Shown: piece after piece, positions 26,537-36,934 of the stretch | Numbering within the stretch: position 1 is the first letter of the stretch | Layout: every line of letters starts with the position of its first letter | Source: Actinomycetota bacterium | GTDB taxonomy: Bacteria > Actinomycetota > Actinomycetes > Actinomycetales > Microbacteriaceae | Assembly (NCBI GenBank): GCA_040390225.1 | Contig: JAZJYU010000061.1 | Coordinates: forward strand, 4,104-47,439 | DNA length: 43,336 nucleotides | Direction: 5' to 3' | Notes under the pieces: generated by a model | Told to the model about the DNA's origin: nothing | Databases searched by the model: none | What the model saw: the letters and a program-made list of their open reading frames with translations, nothing else | Program-made: the position numbers and the translations under genes

Positions 26537-27958
26537 TCAGGCCGTCACGTATTCCTTGACCGCGGCGATCACGTCGTCGATGCCCTTCTTCGCATCCGCG
26601 AAGAACATGCCGGTCTTCGGGTCCGCGAACAGCGGGTTCGCGATGCCGGCGTAGCCCGGACTCATGGACCGCTTCAGCACGACGACCGACTTGGCGTGGT
26701 CCACGTTCAGGATCGGCATTCCCGACACCGGGTTGCCTGGCACACGGGCGTCGGGGTTGCACACGTCGTTCGCACCGATCACCAGCGCGATATCGCAGGT
26801 ATCGAACGCCGCGTTCGCCTCATCGAGCTGCAGCATCTGCGAGTAGGGCACGTTGGCCTCGGCGAGCAGCACGTTCATGTGCCCGGGCATCCGGCCGGCG
26901 ACCGGGTGAATGGCGTACTTGACGTCGATTCCGTGGTCGGTGAGGAGCTTTGCGAGGTCGGCGACATCGTGCTGGGCCTGCGCGGCAGCCAGCCCGTACC
27001 CGGGGACGATCATCACGTGCTGGGCGTAGGCGAGCTGGATCGCGACGTCGTCGGCTGTCACCTGCCGGATGTTGGTGAGGTCGGCGCTCACACCTGCCGC
27101 AGCCGTCTTCGAGTCGCCGGTGCCGAATCCGCCGAGCACGATACTGCCCACGGAACGGTTCATGGCCTTGGCCATCTGGAGCGTGAGAATCGTGCCGGCC
27201 GCACCCACGAGCGCGCCGGCGATGATCATCGCCTGGTTGTCGATTGCGAAGCCCGCCATGGCGACCGCGAGTCCGGTGAACGCGTTGAGCAGCGACACGA
27301 TCACCGGCGCATCCGCACCGCCGATCGGGAGCACCATCAGTACGCCGACGACAAGTGCCGCGGCGAGCACGACCACCAGAAGGAGGAGATTCTGGGGATA
27401 GAGCACGGAGAGCACGGCCGCACCGAGCGCGAGCACCACGGCGAGCACGTTGACGACCCGCGCTCCCGGGAAGCTGATCGGCCTGCCCGGGATCACTCCC
27501 TGGAGCTTGCCCGCAGCGATGAGCGACCCTGAGAACGTGATGGAACCGATGAGCACGTCGAGCGCGATCGGGATGGTCGCCGTCAGCGGCAGCGTCGCCC
27601 CGGTGAGATGGATGACGAAGTCTGCGAACGCGACGGCCGCGGCGGCCCCACCGCCCACCGCGTTGAACAGACTCACCAGCTGCGGGATGTCGGTCATCTT
27701 GACCGTGCGCGCGCGAACCACCCCGAACAGCCCGCCGCCGATGAGGCCGAGCACCAGCGCGATCCAGCCCCACACGGTTCCACCCGCGGTGGCCAGGCAG
27801 AACACGACGGTCGAGACGACGGCGATCGTCATGCCGCCGGCGGAGACGAGATTGCCCCGCCGGGCCGACGATGGCGAACGCATCAGGTGGAGTCCCACCA
27901 CGAAGAGGGCCGCGGCCACGAGGTAGAGCGCGCCGATCGTGAATTCGAGGCCGGTCAT
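26537..27958 (-). CDS. pntB: NAD(P) transhydrogenase subunit beta
   Basis: VKMTDIPQLV, PIGGADAPV, KAMNRS, VPGYGLAAAQAQH, HPVAGRMPGHMNVLLAEA, GANDVCNP, GMPIL. Confidence 0.96.
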   Translation of the reverse strand: MTGLEFTIGALYLVAAALFVVGLHLMRSPSSARRGNLVSAGGMTIAVVSTVVFCLATAGGTVWGWIALVLGLIGGGLFGVVRARTVKMTDIPQLVSLFNAVGGGAAAAVAFADFVIHLTGATLPLTATIPIALDVLIGSITFSGSLIAAGKLQGVIPGRPISFPGARVVNVLAVVLALGAAVLSVLYPQNLLLLVVVLAAALVVGVLMVLPIGGADAPVIVSLLNAFTGLAVAMAGFAIDNQAMIIAGALVGAAGTILTLQMAKAMNRSVGSIVLGGFGTGDSKTAAAGVSADLTNIRQVTADDVAIQLAYAQHVMIVPGYGLAAAQAQHDVADLAKLLTDHGIDVKYAIHPVAGRMPGHMNVLLAEANVPYSQMLQLDEANAAFDTCDIALVIGANDVCNPDARVPGNPVSGMPILNVDHAKSVVVLKRSMSPGYAGIANPLFADPKTGMFFADAKKGIDDVIAAVKEYVTA

Positions 27959-28275
27959 GATCCGCTCACCTTCTGTTGCTCCGCCTTCGCGGGAACGGGC
28001 TTCTTGAACATCTGCAGCATCCGGTCGGTGACGACGTAACCGCCGAACACGTTCGCCGCAGCGAGCGCGGCGGCGACGAAGGTGAGCACATAGTCGACGG
28101 GGCTGTTCGCGACGGACGCGATGATGATCGCACCGGCCACGACGACGCCATGGATCGCGTTCGCGCCGGACATCATCGGGGTGTGCAGGGTCGACGGGAT
28201 CTTGCTGATGACCTCGAACCCGACCAGGAGGCTGAGCACGAAGATCGCCAGGTTGCTGAAGAGGGTTTCGATCAT
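27955..28275 (-). CDS. pntAB: NAD(P) transhydrogenase subunit alpha part 2
   Basis: LHTPMMSGANAIHG, NVFGGYVVTDRMLQMF. Confidence 0.95.
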   Translation of the reverse strand: MIETLFSNLAIFVLSLLVGFEVISKIPSTLHTPMMSGANAIHGVVVAGAIIIASVANSPVDYVLTFVAAALAAANVFGGYVVTDRMLQMFKKPVPAKAEQQKVSGS

Positions 28276-29438
28276 GATGCCTTCTCTTTTGCTTCGGTGA
28301 GTCCCAGCGCGGCTCGAACCGCCTCGTTGGCGATCGCGCCATCGTGCGCAACGACTATCGCCGAGTGGATCTCGTCGGCGGGGTCGATGACGATGCCGTC
28401 CTGCGGCGCCAGCGAACTGAGGGCCGCCGCGACATTGCGCCCGTACATCTGCGACGCCGACGCGGGCAGGTCGGCGGCGAGTTCTCCCGCACCCACCACG
28501 ATCACTCCCTCCGGAGTGACGATTGTGCTGAGTTCGACCGACCCCGCCACGTTCCCGCCCTGAGAACTCGACCCGAGGTCGACGCAGACCGAACCGGGTC
28601 TGAGCGAGTGCAGCGTGTCTGCGCTGACCAGTACTGGCGGGGTCTTGCCAGGGACCTTGGCGGTGGTGATGATGATGTCGAAATTCACGAGCGCCGCCGA
28701 CAGTTCCGCCTGTTGCTGCTTCTGTTCTTCGGCTGTCATCGCACGCGCGTATCCGCCGGCACTGGCCCCCTCGCTGACCGAGGAGGTGAGGAACTGCGCA
28801 CCGAGCGACTCGACCTCGCCACGGGAGGCGGCGCGTACGTCGTACCCGGTCACGACCGCCCCGAGGCGCTTGAGCGTTGCGATCGCCTGCAGCCCGGCGA
28901 CGCCGGTGCCGATGACGATGGCGGCCGCAGGCTTCGCCGTTCCGGATGCGGTGATCATCATCGGCAGGTAACGCCCGAACGCGTCGGCTGCGACGATTCC
29001 CGCCCGATACCCGGCCGCGCTCGCTTGCGAGCTGAGCGCGTCCATCGACTGCGCGCGGCTCAGCGTTCGCGGGAGCAGTTCGAAGGCGACCACGGTGACC
29101 CCCGCATCCGCGAGTTCACCGATGGCGTGAAGGTTGTTGAACGGGTCGAGCAGCCCGATGAGCACCTGGCCGGAGCGCAGGCGCTTCAGCACCGCTGCAT
29201 CCGGAAAGCGTACGGCCGCGATCACGTCGCACTGGCTGAGCACCTCGGCGCGTGTCGCGATTCGCGCCCCGGCGGCCGTGTACTTCGCGTCCGGGAAGCT
29301 CGCGGCCACGCCGGCGGCGGCTTCGACGATAACGTTGCGCCCGTCTTTTACCAGTCGGGCTGTCGCCTCGGGATCGAGGGCGACACGCTTCTCACCGAGC
29401 GCGGTTTCGTGCAGAACACCGATGGTCAACGACGTCAT
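28272..29438 (-). CDS. pntAA: NAD(P) transhydrogenase subunit alpha part 1
   Basis: E...GEKRVAL.P, RAQSMDALSSQ, GTGVAGLQAIAT, GGYAR; ATG 29438. Confidence 0.95.
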   Translation of the reverse strand: MTSLTIGVLHETALGEKRVALDPEATARLVKDGRNVIVEAAAGVAASFPDAKYTAAGARIATRAEVLSQCDVIAAVRFPDAAVLKRLRSGQVLIGLLDPFNNLHAIGELADAGVTVVAFELLPRTLSRAQSMDALSSQASAAGYRAGIVAADAFGRYLPMMITASGTAKPAAAIVIGTGVAGLQAIATLKRLGAVVTGYDVRAASRGEVESLGAQFLTSSVSEGASAGGYARAMTAEEQKQQQAELSAALVNFDIIITTAKVPGKTPPVLVSADTLHSLRPGSVCVDLGSSSQGGNVAGSVELSTIVTPEGVIVVGAGELAADLPASASQMYGRNVAAALSSLAPQDGIVIDPADEIHSAIVVAHDGAIANEAVRAALGLTEAKEKAS

Positions 29439-29872
29439 CGCGCGATCTCCGCCGTGACATGGCGATTCAGCCGACGGCCCGAGATCGTGCTCGGCACGAT
29501 CGTCACATAGACGAAGGGCTTGGTCGGGTGCCACTCGGGCAGCGGCCGTCGATCAGCGGCGTCGATGTCGTCCGGCGTGGTCAGCACGATGGCCCTGCCT
29601 TTCACCGTCACGCTCCACGCAGCGTCTCCGACGCGGGAGTCCACCTCGAAGACGACCGAGTCGTTCTTCAGCAACTCGTGCAGCTTGGTGCCGGACGCCG
29701 TCCTGAACAGCACCGTGGACCCGTCGGCGTGGTAGTCGACCGGGAAGATCTCCGGCTGGCTGTCAACACTCACGCCGAGCCTTCCGAGGGAGGTACCGTC
29801 GAGCAGGGCCCAGCACTCGGTGTCGGACAGTTCAGCAACCGGCCCCTGGGGGGACCACTCATCCGTGGACAT
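29435..29872 (-). CDS. Pyridoxamine 5'-phosphate oxidase-like FMN-binding split-barrel protein
   Basis: ELSDTECWALL....LGRLGV....PEIFPVDY, FRTASGTKL, VFEVD, WSVTVKG, ISGRR. Confidence 0.88.
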   Translation of the reverse strand: MSTDEWSPQGPVAELSDTECWALLDGTSLGRLGVSVDSQPEIFPVDYHADGSTVLFRTASGTKLHELLKNDSVVFEVDSRVGDAAWSVTVKGRAIVLTTPDDIDAADRRPLPEWHPTKPFVYVTIVPSTISGRRLNRHVTAEIAR

Positions 29873-30630
29873 CAGATCGCCGACCAACCACCGTCGACGG
29901 GCAGGATCGCGCCGTTCACGTTGCTCGCCTCGTCGCTCGCGAGCCAGGTGATCGATGCGGCCAGCTCTTCCGCCTCGGCGAATCGCGGGATCGAACCCAT
30001 CAGCGGCCCCAGTCGCTCCTGTGCCCATGCCGACTTGAACGGCGCCTCGATGTTGGTCTTCACCGCACCCGGTGCGACTGCGTTCGCGCGGATGCCCTTC
30101 GGGCCGTAGAGCACGGCCATGCTCTGAGTCATGCCGTTCACCGCATGCTTCGAGGCCGCGTATGCGACCCCGGACGCCGAGGCGTGCAAGCTGGCCTCAG
30201 ACGAGACGTTCACAATCGATCCGTGGCCCGCCTCGATCATGCCGGGCAGTACGGCACGACACAGCCGCATGATCGCGGTGACGTTCACGGCGAACACGCG
30301 CTCCCAGGTCTCGTCGGTGACCTCGGCCATCGGCAGGAACGCATCCATGATTCCGGCGACGTTGGCCAGCACGTCGACGACCGGCCCGGCCGCGGTCACC
30401 ACGGCCTTCGTGGTCTGCTCTGCCGAGATGTCGCCGGCGACGGTGATCAGGTCGAGGTCGGGAAACTCCGTCGTGAGCTGGTCGAGCCGCTCCTGGAACA
30501 CGTCGGTTGCGACGACCTTCGCCCCCTCGCGTGCGAACCGGATCGCCGTCGCCCGCCCGATTCCCGAACCGGCCCCGGTGACGATGGCCACCTTCCCGGT
30601 GAATCGTCCCTCGAAAACGGTGTCGGCCAT
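29872..30630 (-). CDS. SDR-family oxidoreductase
   Basis: [17 protein letters not shown] catalytic motif, ANAVAPG, VDGG. Confidence 0.93.
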   Translation of the reverse strand: MADTVFEGRFTGKVAIVTGAGSGIGRATAIRFAREGAKVVATDVFQERLDQLTTEFPDLDLITVAGDISAEQTTKAVVTAAGPVVDVLANVAGIMDAFLPMAEVTDETWERVFAVNVTAIMRLCRAVLPGMIEAGHGSIVNVSSEASLHASASGVAYAASKHAVNGMTQSMAVLYGPKGIRANAVAPGAVKTNIEAPFKSAWAQERLGPLMGSIPRFAEAEELAASITWLASDEASNVNGAILPVDGGWSAI

Positions 30631-30677
30631 GGGAACTCCTTAAGTCATGGCCCGTGTACTTTTCGGACCCTGACTCA

Positions 30678-30719
30678 ACTGTCCGTCTGCCGTCAGGACG
30701 GAAGCGGGACTTTCGTCCC
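30678..30719 (-). promoter_or_regulatory. DosR-type box with -10 for the SDR-pnt-ALDH operon
   Basis: GGGACTTTCGTCCC 30706-30719; GACAGT on - strand 22 nt away; overlaps the 3' end of the P-type ATPase. Confidence 0.7.
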
Positions 30720-33191
30720 CCGACGTCCGCGCCGTCGGGTCTCATCGGGATCGAACCCGCTCCACGGGCGTCGCTTGAGGGTCTCGGTCGCCACGAGGTA
30801 CACGAGGGCGGTGGCGAGAACGCTCACGAGGATCAGGGGCGATGGGGCGGCGAAGCCGAAGAATCCGGCGAACGGCAGGAAGGGCAGAGCGAACGTGACC
30901 ACGGCGATCGTGATGGTCGCCGCGAGAAAGAGCGCGTCCGGACGGCTGCGCAGAAAGAACCGTCCGGTACGCAGCGACACCAGCACCACCATCTGGGTGA
31001 GCGCGGACTCGATGAACCACGCGCTCTGGAAGACACCCTCAGGGGCGTGGAACACCCAGCTCAGGATGGCGAAGGTGGTCAGGTCGAAAACGGTGCTCAG
31101 CGCACCGAAGAGCACCATGAACCGCTGGATGGACCCCAGCCTCCAGTGCCCGGGACGCACCAGGCGTTCGGGGTCGACACGGTCGCGCGCGACGAGGGTA
31201 TTCGGCAGGTCGGCGAGGAAGTTCAGCAGCAGGATCTGCCCAGGCAGCATGGGAAGGAACGGCAGCAACGCAGACGCGATCACCATGCTGAGCACGTTGC
31301 CGAAGTTGGAACTCGACGCGAACCGCACGTATTTCAGCGTGTTCGCGAATGTCTTGCGGCCGAGCTTCACCCCGGTTGCGACGACACCGAGGCTCTTCTC
31401 CAGCAATACGATCGCCGCCGCCTCCTTGGCGACGTCTGATGCGGTATCCACCGAGATTCCGACATCCGCCGCATGCAGGGCTGGGCTGTCGTTGATGCCG
31501 TCGCCCAGGAATCCGACCGTCTGGTGGCCCGCTTTCAGGGCAACCACGATCTCCTCCTTGTGCCGCGGTTCGACCTCGGCGAACACATCGCTCACGGCCA
31601 CCGCGTGTCGTAGCGCCGCCGGGCTCATCGTGTCGATGTCCACCCCCGTGACCACACGTGTCGTGCGCAGTCCGATGCGTTTGGCGAGAGCCGTGGCGAC
31701 GAGTGCGTTGTCCCCGGTCACCATGACGACCCGCACGCCGAGACGGTCCAGGTCGGCGACGTCGCCCGTCACGTCGTCTTTCAGCTCGTCCCGGAAGACG
31801 AGGAGTCCCACCAGGGTGAGGTCCTTCTCGTAGGTCGCGTCGACCACGGCGCCCGCCGGAAGGCTGCGAGTGGCCACCGCGAGCACCCGGTACCCCTTGG
31901 CGCTCAGCGTGCGATAGAGGCGTCGGGCCGATTCCAGCGCGGCGGGGGAGCGATCGCCGGACACCTTCGTGCAGCAGGCGAGCAGCGGCTCGAAGGCGCC
32001 CTTCGAGATGAGGGTCAGGCGGCCATCGAGCTGCAGCGCGATCGACAGCCGCTTGCGCGTGAAGTCGTACGGGACCTCGCCGACGGCCACCTCATCCGAG
32101 GGCTTATCGGCCCGGAGCACGGCATCGTCGAGCGAGTTCTTGTAGCCCCGCTGCAATCCGGCGTTGAGCGCTGCCAGTTTGAGCACGTCGGCGCTCGTGG
32201 CCCCATCCGGGGCGAGCGCCGAGTGCAGTTCGACCGCGCCGGAGGTGAGTGTTCCGGTCTTGTCTGTGCACAGGACGGTGAGGGAACCCAGGTCCTCGAT
32301 GACGTCGAGCCGTTTGACGATCACCTTCTCTTTGGCGAGAGAGCGCGCACCGACGGACAGGCTCACAGAGACGATCACGGGCAGCATCTGGGGTGTGACC
32401 CCCACAGCGAGCGCGAGCGAGAACAGCAGCGCATCCACGAGGGGCCGGCCGAGCACGATGTTGATGACGAAGACCGCTATCGTCAGTACGATCATCACGC
32501 GGAGAAGCAGCAGTCCGAATCTGCTGATGCCATGTTCGAACGCGGTCGGCAGCGCCTTCGTGCCGAGGCGAGCGGCGACCGCTCCGAACTGGGTACGGTC
32601 CCCCGTGACGACGACCAGCGCGCTTCCTGTTCCGCTCACCACATGGGTGCCCTTGAAGACGCAGTTGGCGCGAAGTGCGAGTGGGGTGGATTCCGAGAGC
32701 TCCGCCGCGGCATCCTTCTCGCTCGGCAGCGACTCTCCGGTGAGGGCCGACTCGTCGACGGTGAGCTCATGCGCGTCGAGCAGCCGGCAGTCGCCCGGCA
32801 CGACATCGCCCGCCGCCAGCCGGATCACATCGCCGGGCAATACCTCAGCCAGCGGAAGGGTCATCTCCTTTCCGTCCCGGGTGAGGTCGATCGTGGCCGT
32901 CACCTGGGCGAGAAGCAGCTCGACATCCTTCGAAGCCCGGTACTCCTGAACGAACCCGAGCAAAGCGCTCGCGACCACGATCACCGCCACGATCGAGGCA
33001 TCCGTCACGTCGCCGACGGCCGCCGCGACGACCGCTGCCATGACCAGGATCAGGGTCACCGGCGACAGGAACTGCCTGATGAAGATCCGCCACCCTGGCG
33101 TTCTCTTCCTGAGCGGATCGGTCTGCACCGGCGCCTCGACCAGCGAGCTCCGGAGTTCGGCTACGGATGCCGTCCAGAGGGTGACGCTCAC
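30693..33191 (-). CDS. MgtA-like P-type ATPase
   Basis: [40 protein letters not shown]; TM4 reads TPQMLP; GTG 33191 overlaps the xfp stop. Confidence 0.88.
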   Translation of the reverse strand: MSVTLWTASVAELRSSLVEAPVQTDPLRKRTPGWRIFIRQFLSPVTLILVMAAVVAAAVGDVTDASIVAVIVVASALLGFVQEYRASKDVELLLAQVTATIDLTRDGKEMTLPLAEVLPGDVIRLAAGDVVPGDCRLLDAHELTVDESALTGESLPSEKDAAAELSESTPLALRANCVFKGTHVVSGTGSALVVVTGDRTQFGAVAARLGTKALPTAFEHGISRFGLLLLRVMIVLTIAVFVINIVLGRPLVDALLFSLALAVGVTPQMLPVIVSVSLSVGARSLAKEKVIVKRLDVIEDLGSLTVLCTDKTGTLTSGAVELHSALAPDGATSADVLKLAALNAGLQRGYKNSLDDAVLRADKPSDEVAVGEVPYDFTRKRLSIALQLDGRLTLISKGAFEPLLACCTKVSGDRSPAALESARRLYRTLSAKGYRVLAVATRSLPAGAVVDATYEKDLTLVGLLVFRDELKDDVTGDVADLDRLGVRVVMVTGDNALVATALAKRIGLRTTRVVTGVDIDTMSPAALRHAVAVSDVFAEVEPRHKEEIVVALKAGHQTVGFLGDGINDSPALHAADVGISVDTASDVAKEAAAIVLLEKSLGVVATGVKLGRKTFANTLKYVRFASSSNFGNVLSMVIASALLPFLPMLPGQILLLNFLADLPNTLVARDRVDPERLVRPGHWRLGSIQRFMVLFGALSTVFDLTTFAILSWVFHAPEGVFQSAWFIESALTQMVVLVSLRTGRFFLRSRPDALFLAATITIAVVTFALPFLPFAGFFGFAAPSPLILVSVLATALVYLVATETLKRRPWSGFDPDETRRRGRRGTKVPLPS

Positions 33192-35602
33192 GACCGAGCA
33201 GGCCCAGTCGGAACAGTAAGCCACTCCCAGCCCCGGACATCCGGGGAGTCCTCCCCGTGCTCGTAGGCGTATGCCCGATGACGCGATCGCTCCGCGTCGA
33301 GACGCTGGCTCACCATCGCGTAGGCCTGGTCGGTCGACTCGACGTGGCGGATCACATCCATCGCCAGCCGGAACCGGTCAAGGTCGTTCAGCATGACCAT
33401 GTCGAACGGCGTCGTCGTCGTGCCCTTCTCGTTGAAGCCGCGAACATGCAGGTTCGCGTGGTTGTGTCGACGATAGGTCAGCTGGTGCACGAGTGCAGGA
33501 TAGCCGTGGAAGGCGAAGATCACCGGCTTATCCTTCGTGAAGATCGAGTCGAAGTCGTCGTCGGACATCCCGTGCGGATGCTGGCTCGGGTGCTGCAGCC
33601 GCATCAGGTCGACCACGTTGACGAAGCGGATGCGGAGCGCCGGCACCTGCCCGGCCAGAAGTCGCACAGCAGCAAGCGCTTCGAGGGTCGGTACGTCGCC
33701 CGCCGCCGCCACGACCACATCGACCTCCTCACCCTCCTTCTCGGTACCGGCCCAGTCCCAGATGCTGATTCCGCGTGCTCCGTGTTCGCGCGCTTCCTCG
33801 ATCGAGAGAAAGGTGGGGGCCGGCTGCTTTCCGGCGACGATCACGTTGACATAGTCACGGCTCGCCAGACAGTGCTCAGCAGTGACCAGCAGGGTGTTGG
33901 CATCCGGTGGCAGGTACACCCGCACCACGGATGCACTCTTGTTCACGACGTGATTGAGAAAGCCGGGATCCTGATGTGAGAACCCGTTGTGGTCCTGGCG
34001 CCACACGTGTGAGCTCAGCAGGTAGGTGAGGGACGCGATAGGGCGTCGCCACGGTATCCGCGCGCTCGACTCGAGCCACTTGGCATGCTGGTTGAACATC
34101 GAGTCGACCACGTGGATGAACGCTTCGTACGAGTTCATCAGGCCGTGGCGCCCGGTGAGCAGATACCCCTCGAGCAGACCCTCGACCAGGTTCTCGTTGA
34201 GCACCTCGATGACCTTGCCCTCGGCGGCCAGATGTTCGTCGGTGGCGACCACGCTCCCCTGCCACTGCTTCGCCGTGACCTCGTACACCGCGTCGAGCCG
34301 ATTCGACGCGGTTTCGTCCGGCCCGAACACCCGGAAGTCGCGTGGGTTGGCGCGCATCACATCCGCGAGCCAGTGGCCGAGAACCCGTGTCGCCTCCACC
34401 GATTCGCCGCCCGGCTCCACCGCACGCGAGTCGACGGGCGGAAGCTCGAGTGCGCGCAGGACGAGCCCGCCGTTCGACTGTGGAATCGCGCTCATGCGCT
34501 TGTCTCCGCGCGGACGCACCTGCTCGAGCACTTCCGAGGGCCGGCCCTTGGCGTCGAAGAGCTGGTGGGGCCGGTAGCTGCGCATCCAGCCTTCGAGCAG
34601 TGCCAGGTGGGCCGGGTTCTCGCGAACCTCCGCCAGCGGGATCTGGTGCGCCCGCCAGGTTCCCTCCACCGGTACCCCGTCTACGAATCTCGGTCCGGTC
34701 CACCCTTTGGGCGTTCGCAGAATGATCATGGGCCACGCCGGACGCTGCGTCGAGTGCTCGAATCGGGCCGCGTGCTGGATCCGCTTGATGTCGGCCATCG
34801 CCCGCTCGAGCGTCGATGCCATCTGCCCGTGCACCACCATGGGGTCTTCGCCGTCGAAGCCGCCCGACACGATCCGTGGTGAGTAGCCGTACCCGCGAAG
34901 CAGGGCGAGCAGTTCGTCCTCGGGGATGCGGGCGAGGATCGACGGGTTGGCGATCTTGTACCCGTTGAGATTGAGAATCGGGAGCACCGCCCCGTCGGTC
35001 GCGGGGTTCAGGAACTTGTTCAGGTGCCAACTCGACGCGAGCGTGCCCGTCTCCGCCTCGCCATCCCCGATGACGCAGGCGACGATGAGGCTCGGGTCGT
35101 CGAGGGCCGCGCCATAGGCGTGCACGAGCGAGTAGCCGAGTTCGCCGCCCTCATGGATCGATCCCGGCGTGTCGGGCGATGCGTGCGAGGGGATGCCCCC
35201 CGGGAAGGAGAACTGGCGCACCAGCGCCTCGAGGCCCGCGGCATCCTGAGTCACCCGTGGAAAGAGTTCCGAGTATGTGCCGTCCAGCCAGGCGTTGGCG
35301 ACCACCGCCGGTCCCCCGTGACCGGGACCTGCCACATAGAGAACGTTGAGATCGTGTTCGATGATCACCCGGTTCAGGTGCGCGTAGACCAGGTTCAACG
35401 CGGGCGAGGTGCCCCAGTGGCCCAAGAGCCTCGGCTTGATCTGGTCGGCGCTCAATCCCTCCGCGAGAAGCGCATTGCGCATGAGGTAGATCTGACCGAC
35501 CGTCAGATAGTTCGCCGCTCGCCACCATGCGTCGACCGCGTACAACGGAAAACTCTCTCGTGTGGCGAGTTGCTGGTGGTCGTGGGCGGGCACACTCTGC
35601 AT
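33188..35602 (-). CDS. xfp: Xylulose-5-phosphate/fructose-6-phosphate phosphoketolase
   Basis: [58 protein letters not shown]; GAGGAG RBS before ATG 35602. Confidence 0.96.
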   Translation of the reverse strand: MQSVPAHDHQQLATRESFPLYAVDAWWRAANYLTVGQIYLMRNALLAEGLSADQIKPRLLGHWGTSPALNLVYAHLNRVIIEHDLNVLYVAGPGHGGPAVVANAWLDGTYSELFPRVTQDAAGLEALVRQFSFPGGIPSHASPDTPGSIHEGGELGYSLVHAYGAALDDPSLIVACVIGDGEAETGTLASSWHLNKFLNPATDGAVLPILNLNGYKIANPSILARIPEDELLALLRGYGYSPRIVSGGFDGEDPMVVHGQMASTLERAMADIKRIQHAARFEHSTQRPAWPMIILRTPKGWTGPRFVDGVPVEGTWRAHQIPLAEVRENPAHLALLEGWMRSYRPHQLFDAKGRPSEVLEQVRPRGDKRMSAIPQSNGGLVLRALELPPVDSRAVEPGGESVEATRVLGHWLADVMRANPRDFRVFGPDETASNRLDAVYEVTAKQWQGSVVATDEHLAAEGKVIEVLNENLVEGLLEGYLLTGRHGLMNSYEAFIHVVDSMFNQHAKWLESSARIPWRRPIASLTYLLSSHVWRQDHNGFSHQDPGFLNHVVNKSASVVRVYLPPDANTLLVTAEHCLASRDYVNVIVAGKQPAPTFLSIEEAREHGARGISIWDWAGTEKEGEEVDVVVAAAGDVPTLEALAAVRLLAGQVPALRIRFVNVVDLMRLQHPSQHPHGMSDDDFDSIFTKDKPVIFAFHGYPALVHQLTYRRHNHANLHVRGFNEKGTTTTPFDMVMLNDLDRFRLAMDVIRHVESTDQAYAMVSQRLDAERSRHRAYAYEHGEDSPDVRGWEWLTVPTGPARS

Positions 35603-35624
35603 CGTCTTCTCCTCTGTCATTCGC

Positions 35625-35694
35625 ACGGTACGAGCTAGCGTCCCCTGCGAGCGGGACGTTGGTCCCTCCATTGGTACTCCGCGGCCTTCAGGCT
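35625..35694. promoter_or_regulatory. Single DosR-type box serving two divergent promoters (xfp and usp)
   Basis: GGGACGTTGGTCCC 35653-35666; TACCGT on - (35630-35625) and CAGGCT on + (35689-35694), both 22 nt away. Confidence 0.75.
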
Positions 35695-35735
35695 ATGCAC
35701 GTACGTGCAGATCGCGAAGAGTGTGGAGACCGAAC

Positions 35736-36587
35736 GTGACAGAAGGAATCGTCGTCGGAGTGGACGGAAGCTCCGCCAGCGATGCGGCCGTCGACTGGGC
35801 GATCGACTGGGCCGCGCGGACCGGAGCCGCGCTCCGCCTCACCGCTGTGGTGGATGCGAGCTGGGCCGGCTTGAAGTCGACGGGATTCTCGACCGCATAC
35901 ACCGACATTCTCGAAGTCGCTCTTACGCATGCCGCGGAACGGAGCTCGACAGCGCACCCGACCACCTCGCTGCGGTTCGGCGGCGTCGTCGAGGAGCTCA
36001 TCGTCGAATCTCACGGCGCAGACCTACTCGTCATCGGAACGAACAAGACGAGCAGGCTGGCGGGCGTCATCCACGGGACGACGCCGCTCAAGCTGGCCGA
36101 CGCGATCTACCGCCCGATGGTGGTGGTCCCACCCTGGTGGAGTCAGAACGACGGACCGGTGATCGTCGGGCTCGATTCAGCCACGGACCACGAGGCTCTG
36201 CGATTCGCGGCGGTGGCGGCGGAGGCGTTCGACGTCCCCCTCGTATTGCTCCACAGCTGGCAGACACCGCCCCTGCTGATCGCGGACGTGCTCGCCTATC
36301 GCGAAGTCACCGACTCCATGAAGCAGACCGGAAGCGAGCTGCTCGACGAAACGGAGTCGACGCTGTCCGCCCTCCATCCCTCACTCACGATCGTGAAGAA
36401 GCTGGCCGCCGGCGAACCGGCGGAAGTACTGGTCCAGTCCGCGGAAGACGCCCGGATGGTGGTGCTCGGAAGCCATCAGCGGCACGCGCTCAACGGTCTT
36501 CTGCTCGGGTCCGTCGGCCACGACCTTCTGATGAACATGCCATGCCCCGTCGCGATCGTTCCTCCGTCGACTGCGGTGGATCAGTGA
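35736..36587 (+). CDS. Tandem-domain universal stress protein
   Basis: IVVGVDGS...VIVGLD...LLLGSVGHDLL.N.PCPVAIVP; GTG 35736. Confidence 0.92.
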   Translation: MTEGIVVGVDGSSASDAAVDWAIDWAARTGAALRLTAVVDASWAGLKSTGFSTAYTDILEVALTHAAERSSTAHPTTSLRFGGVVEELIVESHGADLLVIGTNKTSRLAGVIHGTTPLKLADAIYRPMVVVPPWWSQNDGPVIVGLDSATDHEALRFAAVAAEAFDVPLVLLHSWQTPPLLIADVLAYREVTDSMKQTGSELLDETESTLSALHPSLTIVKKLAAGEPAEVLVQSAEDARMVVLGSHQRHALNGLLLGSVGHDLLMNMPCPVAIVPPSTAVDQ

Positions 36588-36853
36588 TGCCGGCCCATCC
36601 GATCTTCGTGAATCCGACCCGGCACTGGCTGCTGGTGCACGATGGCACCACCCACCAACTCGAGTGGGATGACGGCGAACGCCTTCTCGCTCTTACCGCG
36701 GACGTCAGGGGTGGCGGTCTCGCACCGCGTCCATTCAGTTTCACCCCGCGCGGGTCCGTCGACGGTCAGACGGTCACCGTGTTTGTCGACGTGACCTCGT
36801 CGCTGGAACTCCTGACGCAGTACGACGCAGCGGAATCGCACTGGTTCGGATGA
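36587..36853 (+). CDS. 88-aa hypothetical protein
   Basis: MPAHPIFVNPTRHWLLVHDG...AESHWFG; TGATG coupling to the USP; fills the gap up to the next DosR box. Confidence 0.65.
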   Translation: MPAHPIFVNPTRHWLLVHDGTTHQLEWDDGERLLALTADVRGGGLAPRPFSFTPRGSVDGQTVTVFVDVTSSLELLTQYDAAESHWFG

Positions 36854-36857
36854 CGGG

Positions 36858-36900
36858 GGGACGAAAGTCCTGCGGCCGGACTCGGCGCGCTCGATAGGTT
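36858..36900 (+). promoter_or_regulatory. DosR-type box with -10 element
   Basis: GGGACGAAAGTCCT 36858-36871; TAGGTT 36895-36900. Confidence 0.7.
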
Positions 36901-36934
36901 GTGGTCCTCCGCACCATAAAGAAAAGGGGGCACC

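Noticed and set aside
24819-26654. Long antisense or alternate-frame ORFs (also 4911-6326, 7676-8971, 18350-19987, 28344-29510, 30145-31833, 39222-40595)
   Set aside because: Shadows of well-supported genes in high-GC DNA; Arg/Gly-rich with no family motifs
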